Shown one piece after another: positions 1 to 6,978 of a DNA stretch of 8,006 bases; the stretch's first letter is position 1, and each line of letters opens with the position of its first letter. Under the pieces are notes generated by a model. It had not been told where the DNA came from. It did not search any database and saw only the letters and a list, made by a program, of their open reading frames with translations. The position numbers were made by a program, and so were the translations under genes. Source of the stretch: a virus (taxonomy: Duplodnaviria; Heunggongvirae; Uroviricota; Caudoviricetes); the IMG/VR virus record IMGVR_UViG_2585427795_000008. One strand, given 5' to 3'.

Positions 1-1143
1 CTATGCTGTTTTGATATCTACGATAATCCAGTCTTTACCACGATCATCATTGTATCGGTCGGTCATTTTTCTGGATTTATGGCCTAACAACTTTTGCGTA
101 TCCAGACCCTGTTCCCGATATAACCGTTCTGACAGAGATCGCTGCTCATGAAATGTGGGCGCAGTTCCTTGCTCCCATTTTATGCCACATTTTTCCCTGG
201 CCTTTTTAAAAGCCGTTGTCAGAGTATTTGCAGAAACCTGGTCTCCTCTGTTTGCTTGAGAGGTAGTGTGACGGTAATGGACCAGATATTTACTAACAAC
301 AGCATCCCTGCACTGAGATATAACTTCACGAAGGGTAATATTCAGAGCATCGCATTTCAGGTTAAGCGGAATAGCAAGTTTTGAACCGGTTTTTTCCTGA
401 GTAATGTGCAACATGTCGTCCCAGATATCAGAGAATTTCAAATTGCAGATATCACCTAAACGTTGTCCAGTAACAAGAGCAAGTAGCATGCCGCATTTTA
501 AATAGGGCTGCCGTCTGCTTACGCTTTCAAATATTGCCTGCCATTCTGGCAGTGACAATCTTTGGCGGTTTACTCGATTTCGCGGTTGTTTTGTTGCCTG
601 CGCTGGGTTAAATCCTGGCGGAACATGTCCTGCGTGTTGTGCTTCTTTGAAGACGTCGATCAACACCATTCTCACGACTTGCGCCATCCTGTTATGACCT
701 TCAGCCTTTACAGCATCAATTATTTCGGCAATATCAAGTGCGGTAATATCCTTGAGGTGTTGCATTCCACAATGCTCACGGAAAAGACGAATGGGTTTGC
801 CTTTTTGCCGATAGGAGTTGGGTCTTAGTTCATTATGTTGCAGCCTGTCCTCCTGGATAGAAATATATTTATCAAGCCATTCTGTCACCGTAATGTCTGA
901 GCGCCTGCCTTTCATTCTTTCCAGACGCTCATTGACGCTTAATATTTGTCTGGTACGTTGTTCAGCAATAATGGTATTTGCTTCAGTAGCAACTTGTTTT
1001 GCTTCATTCTCATCAGTTCCTAAGCTATGAAAACGACCGGATAGTGGATGTTTGTATTGCCAATATACCTTTCCGGTTCGCTTATCTAATTTGCAATATA
1101 AATTGGGTATAGAGATTTTGTGAGATCGGGGTCTAGCAGCCAT
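1..1143 (-). CDS. int: Lambda-family tyrosine recombinase (phage integrase)
   Basis: 380 aa ORF with ATG start. C-terminal region (HEQRSLSERLYREQGLDTQKLLGHKSRKMTDRYNDDRG) aligns by eye with the lambda Int catalytic region (HELRSLSARLY...LLGHKS...YRDDRG), including the conserved His/Arg and the catalytic Tyr. N-terminus resembles the lambda Int arm-binding region. Overlaps xis by 11 bp as in lambda. Confidence 0.93.
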   Translation of the reverse strand: MAARPRSHKISIPNLYCKLDKRTGKVYWQYKHPLSGRFHSLGTDENEAKQVATEANTIIAEQRTRQILSVNERLERMKGRRSDITVTEWLDKYISIQEDRLQHNELRPNSYRQKGKPIRLFREHCGMQHLKDITALDIAEIIDAVKAEGHNRMAQVVRMVLIDVFKEAQHAGHVPPGFNPAQATKQPRNRVNRQRLSLPEWQAIFESVSRRQPYLKCGMLLALVTGQRLGDICNLKFSDIWDDMLHITQEKTGSKLAIPLNLKCDALNITLREVISQCRDAVVSKYLVHYRHTTSQANRGDQVSANTLTTAFKKAREKCGIKWEQGTAPTFHEQRSLSERLYREQGLDTQKLLGHKSRKMTDRYNDDRGKDWIIVDIKTA

Positions 1144-1369
1144 CAGCGATTATCCGTTGGAGTTTTGGGTTTGCGTTTATTGGGAGTTGCGGTTCTGCAA
1201 GCGTTCCTACAAAACGGGAATTTCGGTCAATCATCCAGTAGCGACCAACTTTTATAGCGGGTGGGGCCATCATTTTCCCTTGCGCGTATTTTTTCAGAAC
1301 TCGCTCACTTGGTGCTAAGTCCCCAAATTCTTCTTTAGCCCAGTCCTGTAAAGTGATTAGTCGAGACAT
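1133..1369 (-). CDS. xis: Excisionase (Xis-like winged-helix protein)
   Basis: 78 aa ORF immediately upstream of and overlapping int. Contains an LTLQxW motif and a PP...K.GR pattern like lambda Xis. Good SD (GAGGAGG) about 5 nt before the ATG. Confidence 0.8.
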   Translation of the reverse strand: MSRLITLQDWAKEEFGDLAPSERVLKKYAQGKMMAPPAIKVGRYWMIDRNSRFVGTLAEPQLPINANPKLQRIIADGC

Positions 1370-1508
1370 TTGTCCTCCTCTTAGCTGCTGAGGGAGTTTG
1401 TGACCGATATATCTGACATGATATTAAGCTCATGGCAGGTACATCTCTTGACTGGTCATAGAGATAAATTTAATGCTGAGAAATGCAGTATTGAATTTAT
1501 CAATTTTT

Positions 1509-1748
1509 CTATTTCCTGCGTATGGCACGTAACTTCTTAATGTGTTCTGCCGTTTCGATCTCTTCTGCTATCCGATCTGCATCAGCTTTATTCACAGGTT
1601 CAAAGTCATGATTAAAGCGGAACATGCTGGCGATACATGTTCTGCCTTTTCGGATGTAGTGAACTTTGTTGTGGGTAGAACGCAGGATTTTGCAGGGAGT
1701 GCCGTGGTGGTCGACGTACCAGGTGTTAGGAAAAATGATTCTGAACAT
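1509..1748 (-). CDS. Hypothetical phage protein (accessory/ea region)
   Basis: 79 aa ORF with ATG start and a GAGGTG SD 6 nt upstream. Same orientation as the int-xis operon. No family recognised from sequence alone. Confidence 0.5.
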   Translation of the reverse strand: MFRIIFPNTWYVDHHGTPCKILRSTHNKVHYIRKGRTCIASMFRFNHDFEPVNKADADRIAEEIETAEHIKKLRAIRRK

Positions 1749-1795
1749 TTTTACACCTCAGTTGGACGATGTTGAAATTTGCTGCTTTGAGGCCA

Positions 1796-2014
1796 TCACA
1801 GTCCCCATTGTTTGTTCTTAAGTTCGATCTCCTCCTGGCAACTTGCACAAGTCCGACAACCCTGAACGGCCAGGCGTCTTCGTTCATCTATCGGATCGCC
1901 ACACTCACAACAATGAGTGGCAGATATAGCCTGGTGGTTCAGGCGGCGCATTTTTATTGCTGTGTTGCGCTGTAATTCTTCAATTCCTGATGCTGAATCA
2001 ATGATGTCTGCCAT
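1796..2014 (-). CDS. TraR/DksA-family C4-type zinc-finger protein (phage TraR-like)
   Basis: 72 aa ORF with a CxxC-(17 aa)-CxxC motif (CCECGDPIDERRRLAVQGCRTCASC), the size and layout typical of TraR/DksA C4 zinc fingers; lambda-like phages carry a TraR homolog (orf73). Confidence 0.8.
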   Translation of the reverse strand: MADIIDSASGIEELQRNTAIKMRRLNHQAISATHCCECGDPIDERRRLAVQGCRTCASCQEEIELKNKQWGL

Positions 2015-2063
2015 CTTTCATTAATCCCTGAATTGTTGGTTAATACGCTTGAGGGTGAATGCG

Positions 2064-2090
2064 AATAATAAAAAAGGAGCCTGTAGCTCC
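2064..2090 (-). terminator. Possible intrinsic terminator (minus strand), or a hairpin inside a small ORF
   Basis: Plus strand GGAGC-CTGTA-GCTCC at 2076-2090; on the minus strand this 5-bp stem hairpin is followed by TTTTTTATTATT. The stem is short and GC-poor. Confidence 0.3.
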
Positions 2091-2112
2091 ATGATGATTT
2101 TGTTTTTCATGC

Positions 2113-2394
2113 TCACCGTTCCTTAAAGACGCCGTTTAACATGCCGATCGCCAGGCTTAAATGAGTCGGTGTGAATCCCATCAGCGTTACCGTTTCGCGG
2201 TGCTTCTTCAGTACGCTACGGCAAATATCATCGACGTTTTTATCCGGGAACTGCTGTCTGGCTTTTTTGATTTCAGAATTAGCCTGACGGGCAATACTGC
2301 GAAGGGCGTTTTCTTGCTGATGTGTCATTGAACAAGTCCCATGTCGGCAAGCATAAGCACACAGAATATGAAGCCCGCTGCCAGAAAAATGCAT
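2113..2394 (-). CDS. Hypothetical protein at the lambda orf61 position
   Basis: 93 aa ORF from an ATG at 2392-2394 with no convincing SD; an internal ATG at 2326-2328 would give 71 aa. Sits between the orf63-like ORF and the TraR-like gene in the same operon orientation. Confidence 0.45.
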   Translation of the reverse strand: MHFSGSGLHILCAYACRHGTCSMTHQQENALRSIARQANSEIKKARQQFPDKNVDDICRSVLKKHRETVTLMGFTPTHLSLAIGMLNGVFKER

Positions 2395-2404
2395 TCAGTG
2401 GTTG

Positions 2405-2596
2405 TCATACCTGGTCTCTCTCATCTGCTTCTGCTTTCGCCACCATCATTTCCAGCTTTTGTGAAAGGGATGCGGCTAACGTATGAAATTCTTCGTCTGT
2501 TTCTACTGGTATTGGCACAAACCTGACTCCAATTTGAGCGAGGCTATGTGCCATCTCAATGCTCGTTCTTAACTCAACAGGAGATGCTTTGTGCAT
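2405..2596 (-). CDS. Lambda orf63-like small protein
   Basis: 63 aa ORF with ATG start and a GGGGAG SD 5 nt upstream. Position (second gene downstream of exo) and sequence match my recollection of lambda orf63. Confidence 0.65.
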   Translation of the reverse strand: MHKASPVELRTSIEMAHSLAQIGVRFVPIPVETDEEFHTLAASLSQKLEMMVAKAEADERDQV

Positions 2597-2757
2597 ACAG
2601 CTCCCCGTTTATTATTTATCTCCTCAGCCAGCCGCTGTGCTTTCAGGGGATTTCGGGTAACAGAAAGGCCGGGAAATACCCAGCCTCGCTTTGTAACGGA
2701 GTAGACGAAAGTGATCGCGCCTACCCGGATATTATCGTGAGGATGCTTCATCGCCAT
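2569..2757 (-). CDS. Lambda orf60a-like small protein
   Basis: 62 aa ORF whose ATG overlaps the exo stop (ATGGCGATGA), indicating translational coupling. Position and sequence match my recollection of lambda orf60a. Confidence 0.65.
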   Translation of the reverse strand: MAMKHPHDNIRVGAITFVYSVTKRGWVFPGLSVTRNPLKAQRLAEEINNKRGAVCTKHLLLS

Positions 2758-3428
2758 TGCTCCCCAAATACAAAACCAATTTCAGCCAGTGCCTCGTCCA
2801 TTTTTTCGATGAACTCCGGCACCATCTCGTCAAAACTCGCCATGTACTTTTCATCCTGCTCAATCACGACATAATGCAGGCCTTCACGCTTCATTCGTGG
2901 GTCATAGTTGGCAAAGTACCAGGCATCTTTTCGCGTCACCCACATGCTGTACTGCACCTGGGCCATGTAAGCCGATTTTATTGCCTCGAAACCACCGAGC
3001 CGGAATTTCATGAAATCCCGGGAGGTAAACGGGCATTTCAGTTCAAGGCCGTTGCCGTCACTGCATAAACCATCGGGAGAGCAGGCGGTGCGCATACTTT
3101 CGTCGCGATAGATGATCGGGGATTCAGTAACATTCACGCCGGAAGTAAACTCAAACAGGGCTCTGGCGTCGTTCTCGTACTGTTTTCCCCAGGCCAGTGC
3201 TTTAGCGTTAACTTCCGGAGCCACACCGGTGCAAACCTCGGCAAGCAGGGTGTGGAAGTAGGACATTTTCATGTCAGGCCACTTCTTTCCTGAGCGGGGC
3301 TTTGCTATCACGTTGTGAACTTCTGAAGCGGTGATGACGCCGAGCCGTAATTTGTGCCATGCATCATCCCCCTGTTCGACAGCTCTCACGTCGATCCCGG
3401 TACGCTGCAGGATAATGTCCGGTGTCAT
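2748..3428 (-). CDS. exo: Lambda exonuclease (Red alpha)
   Basis: 226 aa protein [40 protein letters not shown]... is essentially lambda Exo as I recall it. Start ATG overlaps the bet stop (ATGA). Confidence 0.97.
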   Translation of the reverse strand: MTPDIILQRTGIDVRAVEQGDDAWHKLRLGVITASEVHNVIAKPRSGKKWPDMKMSYFHTLLAEVCTGVAPEVNAKALAWGKQYENDARALFEFTSGVNVTESPIIYRDESMRTACSPDGLCSDGNGLELKCPFTSRDFMKFRLGGFEAIKSAYMAQVQYSMWVTRKDAWYFANYDPRMKREGLHYVVIEQDEKYMASFDEMVPEFIEKMDEALAEIGFVFGEQWR

Positions 3429-4210
3429 GCTGCCACCTTCTGCTCAGTGGCTTTCTGTTTCAGGAATCCGAGAGCTTTCACTGCTTCGGCCTGTGTCAGT
3501 TCTGACGATGCGCGAATGTCGCGGCGAAATATCTGGGAACAGAGCGGCAATAAGTCGTCATCCCATGTTTTATCCAGGGCAATCAGCAGAGTGTTAATCT
3601 CCTGCATGGTTTCATCGTTAACCGGAGTGATGTCGCGTTCCGGCTGACGTTCTGCAGTGTATGCGGTATTTTCGACAATGCGCTCGGCTTCATCCTTGTC
3701 ATAGATACCAGCAAATCCGAAGGCCAGACGGGCACACTGAATCATGGCTTTATGACGTAACATCCGTTTGGGATGCGACTGCCACGGCCCCGTGATTTCT
3801 CTGCCTTCGCGGGTTTTGAATGGTTCGCGGCGGCATTCATCCATCCACTCGGTAACGCAGATCGGATGATTGCGGTCCTTGCGGTAAATCCGGCATGTGC
3901 AGGATTCATTGTCCTGCTCAAAGTCCATACCATCAAACTGCTGGTTTTCATTGATGATGCGGGACCAGCCATCAACGCCCACCACCGGAACGATGCCGTT
4001 CTGCTTATCAGGGAAGGCGTAAATTTCTTTCGTCCACGGATTAAGGCCGTACTGGTTGGCGACGATCAACAATGCGATGAACTGCGCATCGCTGGCATCA
4101 CCTTTAAATGCCGTCTGGCGAAGAGTGGTGATCAGTTCCTGTGGGTCGACAGAATCCATGCCGACACGTTCAGCCAGCTTCCCTGCCAGCGTTGCGAGTG
4201 CTGTACTCAT
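3425..4210 (-). CDS. bet: Lambda Bet (Red beta) single-strand annealing protein
   Basis: 261 aa protein [66 protein letters not shown]... matches lambda Bet as I recall it. Confidence 0.97.
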   Translation of the reverse strand: MSTALATLAGKLAERVGMDSVDPQELITTLRQTAFKGDASDAQFIALLIVANQYGLNPWTKEIYAFPDKQNGIVPVVGVDGWSRIINENQQFDGMDFEQDNESCTCRIYRKDRNHPICVTEWMDECRREPFKTREGREITGPWQSHPKRMLRHKAMIQCARLAFGFAGIYDKDEAERIVENTAYTAERQPERDITPVNDETMQEINTLLIALDKTWDDDLLPLCSQIFRRDIRASSELTQAEAVKALGFLKQKATEQKVAA

Positions 4211-4215
4211 CCGTT

Positions 4216-4512
4216 TTATACCTCTGAATCAATATCAACCTGGTGGTGAGCAATGGTTTCAACCATGTACCGGATGTGTTCTGCCATGCGCTCCTGAAAC
4301 TCAACATCGTCATCAAACGCACGGGTAATGGCTTTTTTGCTGGCCCCGTGGCGTTGCAAATGATCGATGCATAGCGATTCAAACAGGTGCTGGGGCAGGC
4401 CTTTTTCCATGTCGTCTGCCAGTTCTGCCTCTTTCTCTTCACGGGCGATCTGCTGGTAGTGACGCGCCCAGCTCTGAGCCTCAAGACGATCCTGAATGTA
4501 ATAAGCGTTCAT
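4216..4512 (-). CDS. gam: Gam (GamS form), RecBCD inhibitor
   Basis: 98 aa protein [60 protein letters not shown]... matches the lambda GamS portion. The in-frame upstream extension hits a stop at 4567-4569 after only 18 codons, so the 138 aa long form is not encoded. Confidence 0.95.
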   Translation of the reverse strand: MNAYYIQDRLEAQSWARHYQQIAREEKEAELADDMEKGLPQHLFESLCIDHLQRHGASKKAITRAFDDDVEFQERMAEHIRYMVETIAHHQVDIDSEV

Positions 4513-4587
4513 GGCTGAACTCCTGAAAATGGCTGTGAAAATATCGCCCGCGAAATGCCAGGCTGATTAGGAAAACAGGAAAGGGGA

Positions 4588-4998
4588 TTAGTGATTGAGG
4601 CCGTTACCGCGTCCGTCGAGAAAAACTTCCACGAGCAAATCACGGGTATAAGTGCGCTCGATGCCGCGATGCAGATAAAGCCGTCCGCGTAAATTAGCTG
4701 ATGCAGTCCAGGTACCATCTTTGTGTTTGACCAGCATTCCTGGCATGACCGCACCGCGATTAACGGTCTGCGTTCCGTAATGTTGATGAACCATAAAAAC
4801 TCCTGCCCGTAAGCTGGGCTGCTGAACATATAGAGACTTCTGCGCGTATTCAGGCGGTGGATGGCCGCCGGTTGTCATAACTAAGCCGCCTCGTTGAAGC
4901 GACTGAGGTATAAAGTGTTGTGTTGATTTCAGCTGGTCACACCGACGTTCACGCGTCCGTTTCACCCCTCGCACTCCCCGAAGCCTGCTGAAATTCAA
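4588..4998 (-). CDS. Hypothetical protein at the N position (first ORF leftward of PL); start uncertain
   Basis: 136 codon open frame on the operon strand between the predicted PL and gam. The 5'-most start is TTG (4996-4998); internal ATGs at residues 41 and 69. N-terminal stretch is Arg-rich ([15 protein letters not shown]), loosely like the arginine-rich motif of N antiterminators, but the rest shows no similarity I recognise. Confidence 0.35.
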   Translation of the reverse strand: MNFSRLRGVRGVKRTRERRCDQLKSTQHFIPQSLQRGGLVMTTGGHPPPEYAQKSLYVQQPSLRAGVFMVHQHYGTQTVNRGAVMPGMLVKHKDGTWTASANLRGRLYLHRGIERTYTRDLLVEVFLDGRGNGLNH

Positions 4999-5071
4999 AC
5001 TGCGGATCTAAGCGGTCATCGCCACGGTGAAACAGGTGGTTACCGTATCGTTGTGTCGTTGCGATGAATTT

Positions 5072-5100
5072 ATTTAAAACTATAGTTGTTTTATCGTCAA
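5072..5100 (-). promoter_or_regulatory. PL-like early-left promoter
   Basis: Minus strand reads TTGACG (plus 5095-5100), a 17-nt spacer, then TTAAAT (plus 5072-5077). The region is near-identical to the PR promoter/operator (PR: GTTGTTGACTAAAAACAACCATAGTTTTAATCT; PL minus strand: GTTGTTGACGATAAAACAACTATAGTTTTAAATA). Confidence 0.5.
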
Positions 5101-5128
5101 CAACAAAAGTTGTTTTGTCGGTTGTTTT
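5085..5128. promoter_or_regulatory. OL operator cluster (repressor-binding inverted repeats)
   Basis: GTTGTT-N8-AACAAC at 5085-5104, AACAAC-AAAA-GTTGTT at 5099-5114, and a further GTTGTTTT at 5121-5128. Same half-site as the OR palindrome. Confidence 0.5.
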
Positions 5129-5240
5129 AAATATAACTGGTTGTATTTAGGATGGATTTATTTTGTGACTTGCATCGCATAGCGATAACTGAAGTGAGGT
5201 GTGGTGGTTTTTTGGACGGTATGAGTTATGAGGGGGAGGA

Positions 5241-5266
5241 AAAGAAAACCCGGCGCGGTTGCCGGG
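5241..5266 (-). terminator. Intrinsic terminator downstream of the lipoprotein gene (end of the immunity transcript)
   Basis: CCCGGC-GCGGTT-GCCGGG hairpin at 5249-5266; on the minus strand it is followed by TTTTCTTTTCC. Lies 8 nt past the lipoprotein stop codon. Confidence 0.6.
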
Positions 5267-5274
5267 TATGATTA

Positions 5275-5655
5275 TCAGTCAGCCCAACCTGATTTCGAGT
5301 TTATTTGGGTTTCTGACATTGTGTATTTCTTAATCGTGTCATCGTTAAAAAGAATAGTAAGTTCTTTTTTCGTACCGTTCGTTCCATTATGGAATAATCC
5401 ATAGAATGGAATAAAAGTGGTGCCATTAACTTTTACTTTTGCAAAGGCGTACTTCCAGATCTCGTTTCCACTGTCAGTATATGAAACAGCATCAGGAGAA
5501 CCAAAGTAAGATTTAACCTCATTCTTGGTTGTTTTACCTTCCTGAAGTTTAGACTGGACACTAATTTCAGTTTCATTTTTGAGTTGCTGGTTGCCTGAAG
5601 AAGCACACCCAGCCAATACAGATGCCATCATGGCAGCGATTAGGATTTTTCTCAT
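5275..5655 (-). CDS. Prophage lipoprotein with BamE/SmpA-OmlA-like domain, at the rex position
   Basis: 126 aa ORF with ATG start. Signal peptide MRKILIAAMMASVLAGC has a lipobox (LAG|C). Mature domain motifs GKTTKNEVKSYFGSPDAVSYTDSGNEIWKYAF and ELTILFNDDTIKKY resemble the BamE pattern (GMTQQQVAYALGTP...GTNTWFYVF...TLTLTFNSSGV). Region 5270-5880 is markedly AT-rich compared with its flanks. Confidence 0.8.
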   Translation of the reverse strand: MRKILIAAMMASVLAGCASSGNQQLKNETEISVQSKLQEGKTTKNEVKSYFGSPDAVSYTDSGNEIWKYAFAKVKVNGTTFIPFYGLFHNGTNGTKKELTILFNDDTIKKYTMSETQINSKSGWAD

Positions 5656-5884
5656 TTTATGTTTCCATTCATTATAATCAGAAACATCTTAACATAATGA
5701 TTCGAAATAAAAACCGCTACGAGATAGGGGGACATTTTGCTGACAGTAGCAACAAATCTCAGCTAACAACGAGAATATTTACTGAAATATGCAAACAGAT
5801 TTGGCGTTCTTATAGAGAATTTAGTGCAATATCTAATCCGAGTGGTATAAACCTTAACCTTCGCTCCCTTAAGTCGTAGATAAA

Positions 5885-6574
5885 TTAACCATGCTTCCTG
5901 TACGTCTGCGGCATGCTTCCAATGACCTTACCGAATATGAACACCCGGTTCATCTCGTCTTTCTCGATCGGGTCCCACGGCGAGTAGCTCTTGTTATCAG
6001 AGATAACCAGCAGCTTATCCTTCATCATTTGAAGACGTTTTACATGGGCAGTGTCGTCGTACAGAAACGCATAGATGCCATCACCGTCGAAAGATTTAAC
6101 AGTGATATCAACGAACAGCAGGTCACCTGGTTCGATCGTCCCTGACATGCTGTCACCTCGCACGTTAATGATGCGGATATTTTCCGCCTTCCTGCCATCG
6201 AACATGTGACGAGCATCGTCAAACGAGTACTCAACCGAGCGTAGAACTTCTACAAACTCACGGTTGATTACACCTGGCCCGGCACTGACTTCTATATCAA
6301 GAACGTCAATTTTGAAGTATTTGGAATGGCTGACAGTTGATTGTATTGGTTGCACTGTACTGTCTGACATATTTCCAACGCCAGAAGATAACCATTCTGC
6401 GCGCACACCCAAAGCGTTCGCGATCTCCACGATTTTAGTTGTTTGGTTAGCTTTCCCTGTTTCGATTTTCTGAATAGCAGCTTGGCTAACCCCGACCAAA
6501 TCCCCAAGCGCCTTTTGTGTAAGGCCTCGCGCTAATCTGGCTTCTTTAAGTCTTTCTGAGAGTGTTGTTTTCAT
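5885..6574 (-). CDS. cI-type prophage repressor (XRE HTH plus S24 LexA-like autopeptidase domain)
   Basis: 229 aa ORF. N-terminal HTH (LTQKALGDLVGVSQAAIQKIETGK), Ala-Gly candidate cleavage site (VSAGPG), and C-terminal S24 motifs (RGDSMSGTIEPGDLLFVD with the Ser, and a VKRL Lys). Divergent from the cro-like gene across an operator region. Not lambda cI by sequence. Confidence 0.92.
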   Translation of the reverse strand: MKTTLSERLKEARLARGLTQKALGDLVGVSQAAIQKIETGKANQTTKIVEIANALGVRAEWLSSGVGNMSDSTVQPIQSTVSHSKYFKIDVLDIEVSAGPGVINREFVEVLRSVEYSFDDARHMFDGRKAENIRIINVRGDSMSGTIEPGDLLFVDITVKSFDGDGIYAFLYDDTAHVKRLQMMKDKLLVISDNKSYSPWDPIEKDEMNRVFIFGKVIGSMPQTYRKHG

Positions 6575-6580
6575 AGATCA

Positions 6581-6609
6581 AATGTACAACCAAGGTTTTA
6601 TTTCATCAA
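6581..6609 (-). promoter_or_regulatory. Candidate PRM-like maintenance promoter for the repressor
   Basis: Minus strand TTGATG (plus 6604-6609), 17-nt spacer, TACATT (plus 6581-6586), ending about 6 nt before the repressor ATG. This would give a near-leaderless transcript as for lambda PRM. Confidence 0.35.
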
Positions 6610-6615
6610 ACGAAA

Positions 6616-6640
6616 ATGGTTGTTGACTAAAAACAACCAT
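6616..6640. promoter_or_regulatory. OR operator (perfect 9-bp inverted repeat)
   Basis: ATGGTTGTT-GACTAAA-AACAACCAT, overlapping the PR -35. Same half-site as the OL copies. Confidence 0.6.
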
Positions 6641-6651
6641 AGTTTTAATCT
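6623..6651 (+). promoter_or_regulatory. PR-like early-right promoter
   Basis: TTGACT (6623-6628), 17-nt spacer, TAATCT (6646-6651). Followed by a GGAGG SD and the cro-like ATG at 6679. Confidence 0.6.
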
Positions 6652-6678
6652 TGATTCGGATTAACCACGGAGGTTGTT

Positions 6679-6909
6679 ATGAACCCAGCAATCAAAACAG
6701 CGATCAATATCGTTGGTTCACAAAAGAAACTAGGCGATGCCTGCGAAGTTTCACAGCAGGCCGTCTATAAGTGGCTTCACAACAAAGCAAAGGTATCCCC
6801 TGAACATGTCGGCAGCATTGTTACGGCTACTGGTGGAGTTGTGAAGGCATACCAGATTCGCCCGGATCTTCCGAAGTTGTTTCCACACACCGAAAAGAAC
6901 GCAGCTTAA
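6679..6909 (+). CDS. Cro-like HTH regulator (YdaS/Cro family)
   Basis: 76 aa ORF with ATG and a GGAGG SD, divergent from the repressor. HTH-like segment (KLGDACEVSQQAVYKWLHNK) typical of Cro/YdaS-type proteins. Confidence 0.85.
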   Translation: MNPAIKTAINIVGSQKKLGDACEVSQQAVYKWLHNKAKVSPEHVGSIVTATGGVVKAYQIRPDLPKLFPHTEKNAA

Positions 6910-6921
6910 ATTTCCATTTCA

Positions 6922-6934
6922 CGCTCTTTAACAA
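6922..6934 (+). promoter_or_regulatory. boxA-like element (nutR position)
   Basis: CGCTCTTTAACAA lies between the cro-like and YdaT-like genes. It matches the boxA consensus of lambda nut sites (CGCTCTTA) and rrn operons (TGCTCTTTAACAA). No clear boxB hairpin follows. Confidence 0.45.
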
Positions 6935-6978
6935 TAAGCAATCAACTTAACAGTCAATTCAAACTAAAGGAGTCAATT

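Noticed and set aside
148-1030. Plus-strand ORFs 148..384, 562..828 and 818..1030
   Set aside because: They lie entirely antisense within the well-supported integrase gene, have odd Cys/Phe-rich composition and no recognisable domain.
1448-1476. Plus-strand promoter-like TTGACT, 17-nt spacer, TAATGC in the xis-upstream intergenic region
   Set aside because: The -10 lacks the conserved final T and would drive transcription antisense to the flanking genes; too weak to call.
1542-1975. Plus-strand ORFs 1542..1775 and 1769..1975
   Set aside because: Antisense to the 79 aa ORF and the TraR-like gene, which have good starts and motifs; no independent support.
2341-3068. Plus-strand ORFs 2341..2526, 2548..2874 and 2757..3068
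   Set aside because: Antisense to the orf63-like, orf60a-like and exo genes.
3331-4484. ORFs 3331..3597, 3354..3647, 3773..4249 and 4056..4328 (plus strand) and 3742..3975 and 4170..4484 (minus strand)
   Set aside because: All overlap the exo, bet or gam coding sequences in alternative frames or antisense, and those three genes account for the region.
4509-4829. Minus-strand 106 aa ORF whose stop overlaps the gam ATG
   Set aside because: Cys/Trp-rich, low-complexity translation with no recognisable fold. It overlaps the longer 4588..4998 frame, and the ATGA overlap with gam is probably coincidental. Not excluded, but not supportable.
5622-5879. Plus-strand 85 aa ORF spanning the lipoprotein-repressor intergenic region
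   Set aside because: It starts antisense inside the lipoprotein gene, has no SD, and an open frame in this AT-rich stretch could be chance. It would also be transcribed head-on into the repressor gene. No supporting signal.
5891-6507. ORFs 5891..6145 and 6264..6473 (plus strand) and 6040..6234 and 6292..6507 (minus strand) within the repressor gene
   Set aside because: Antisense or alternative-frame overlaps of the well-supported S24 repressor CDS.
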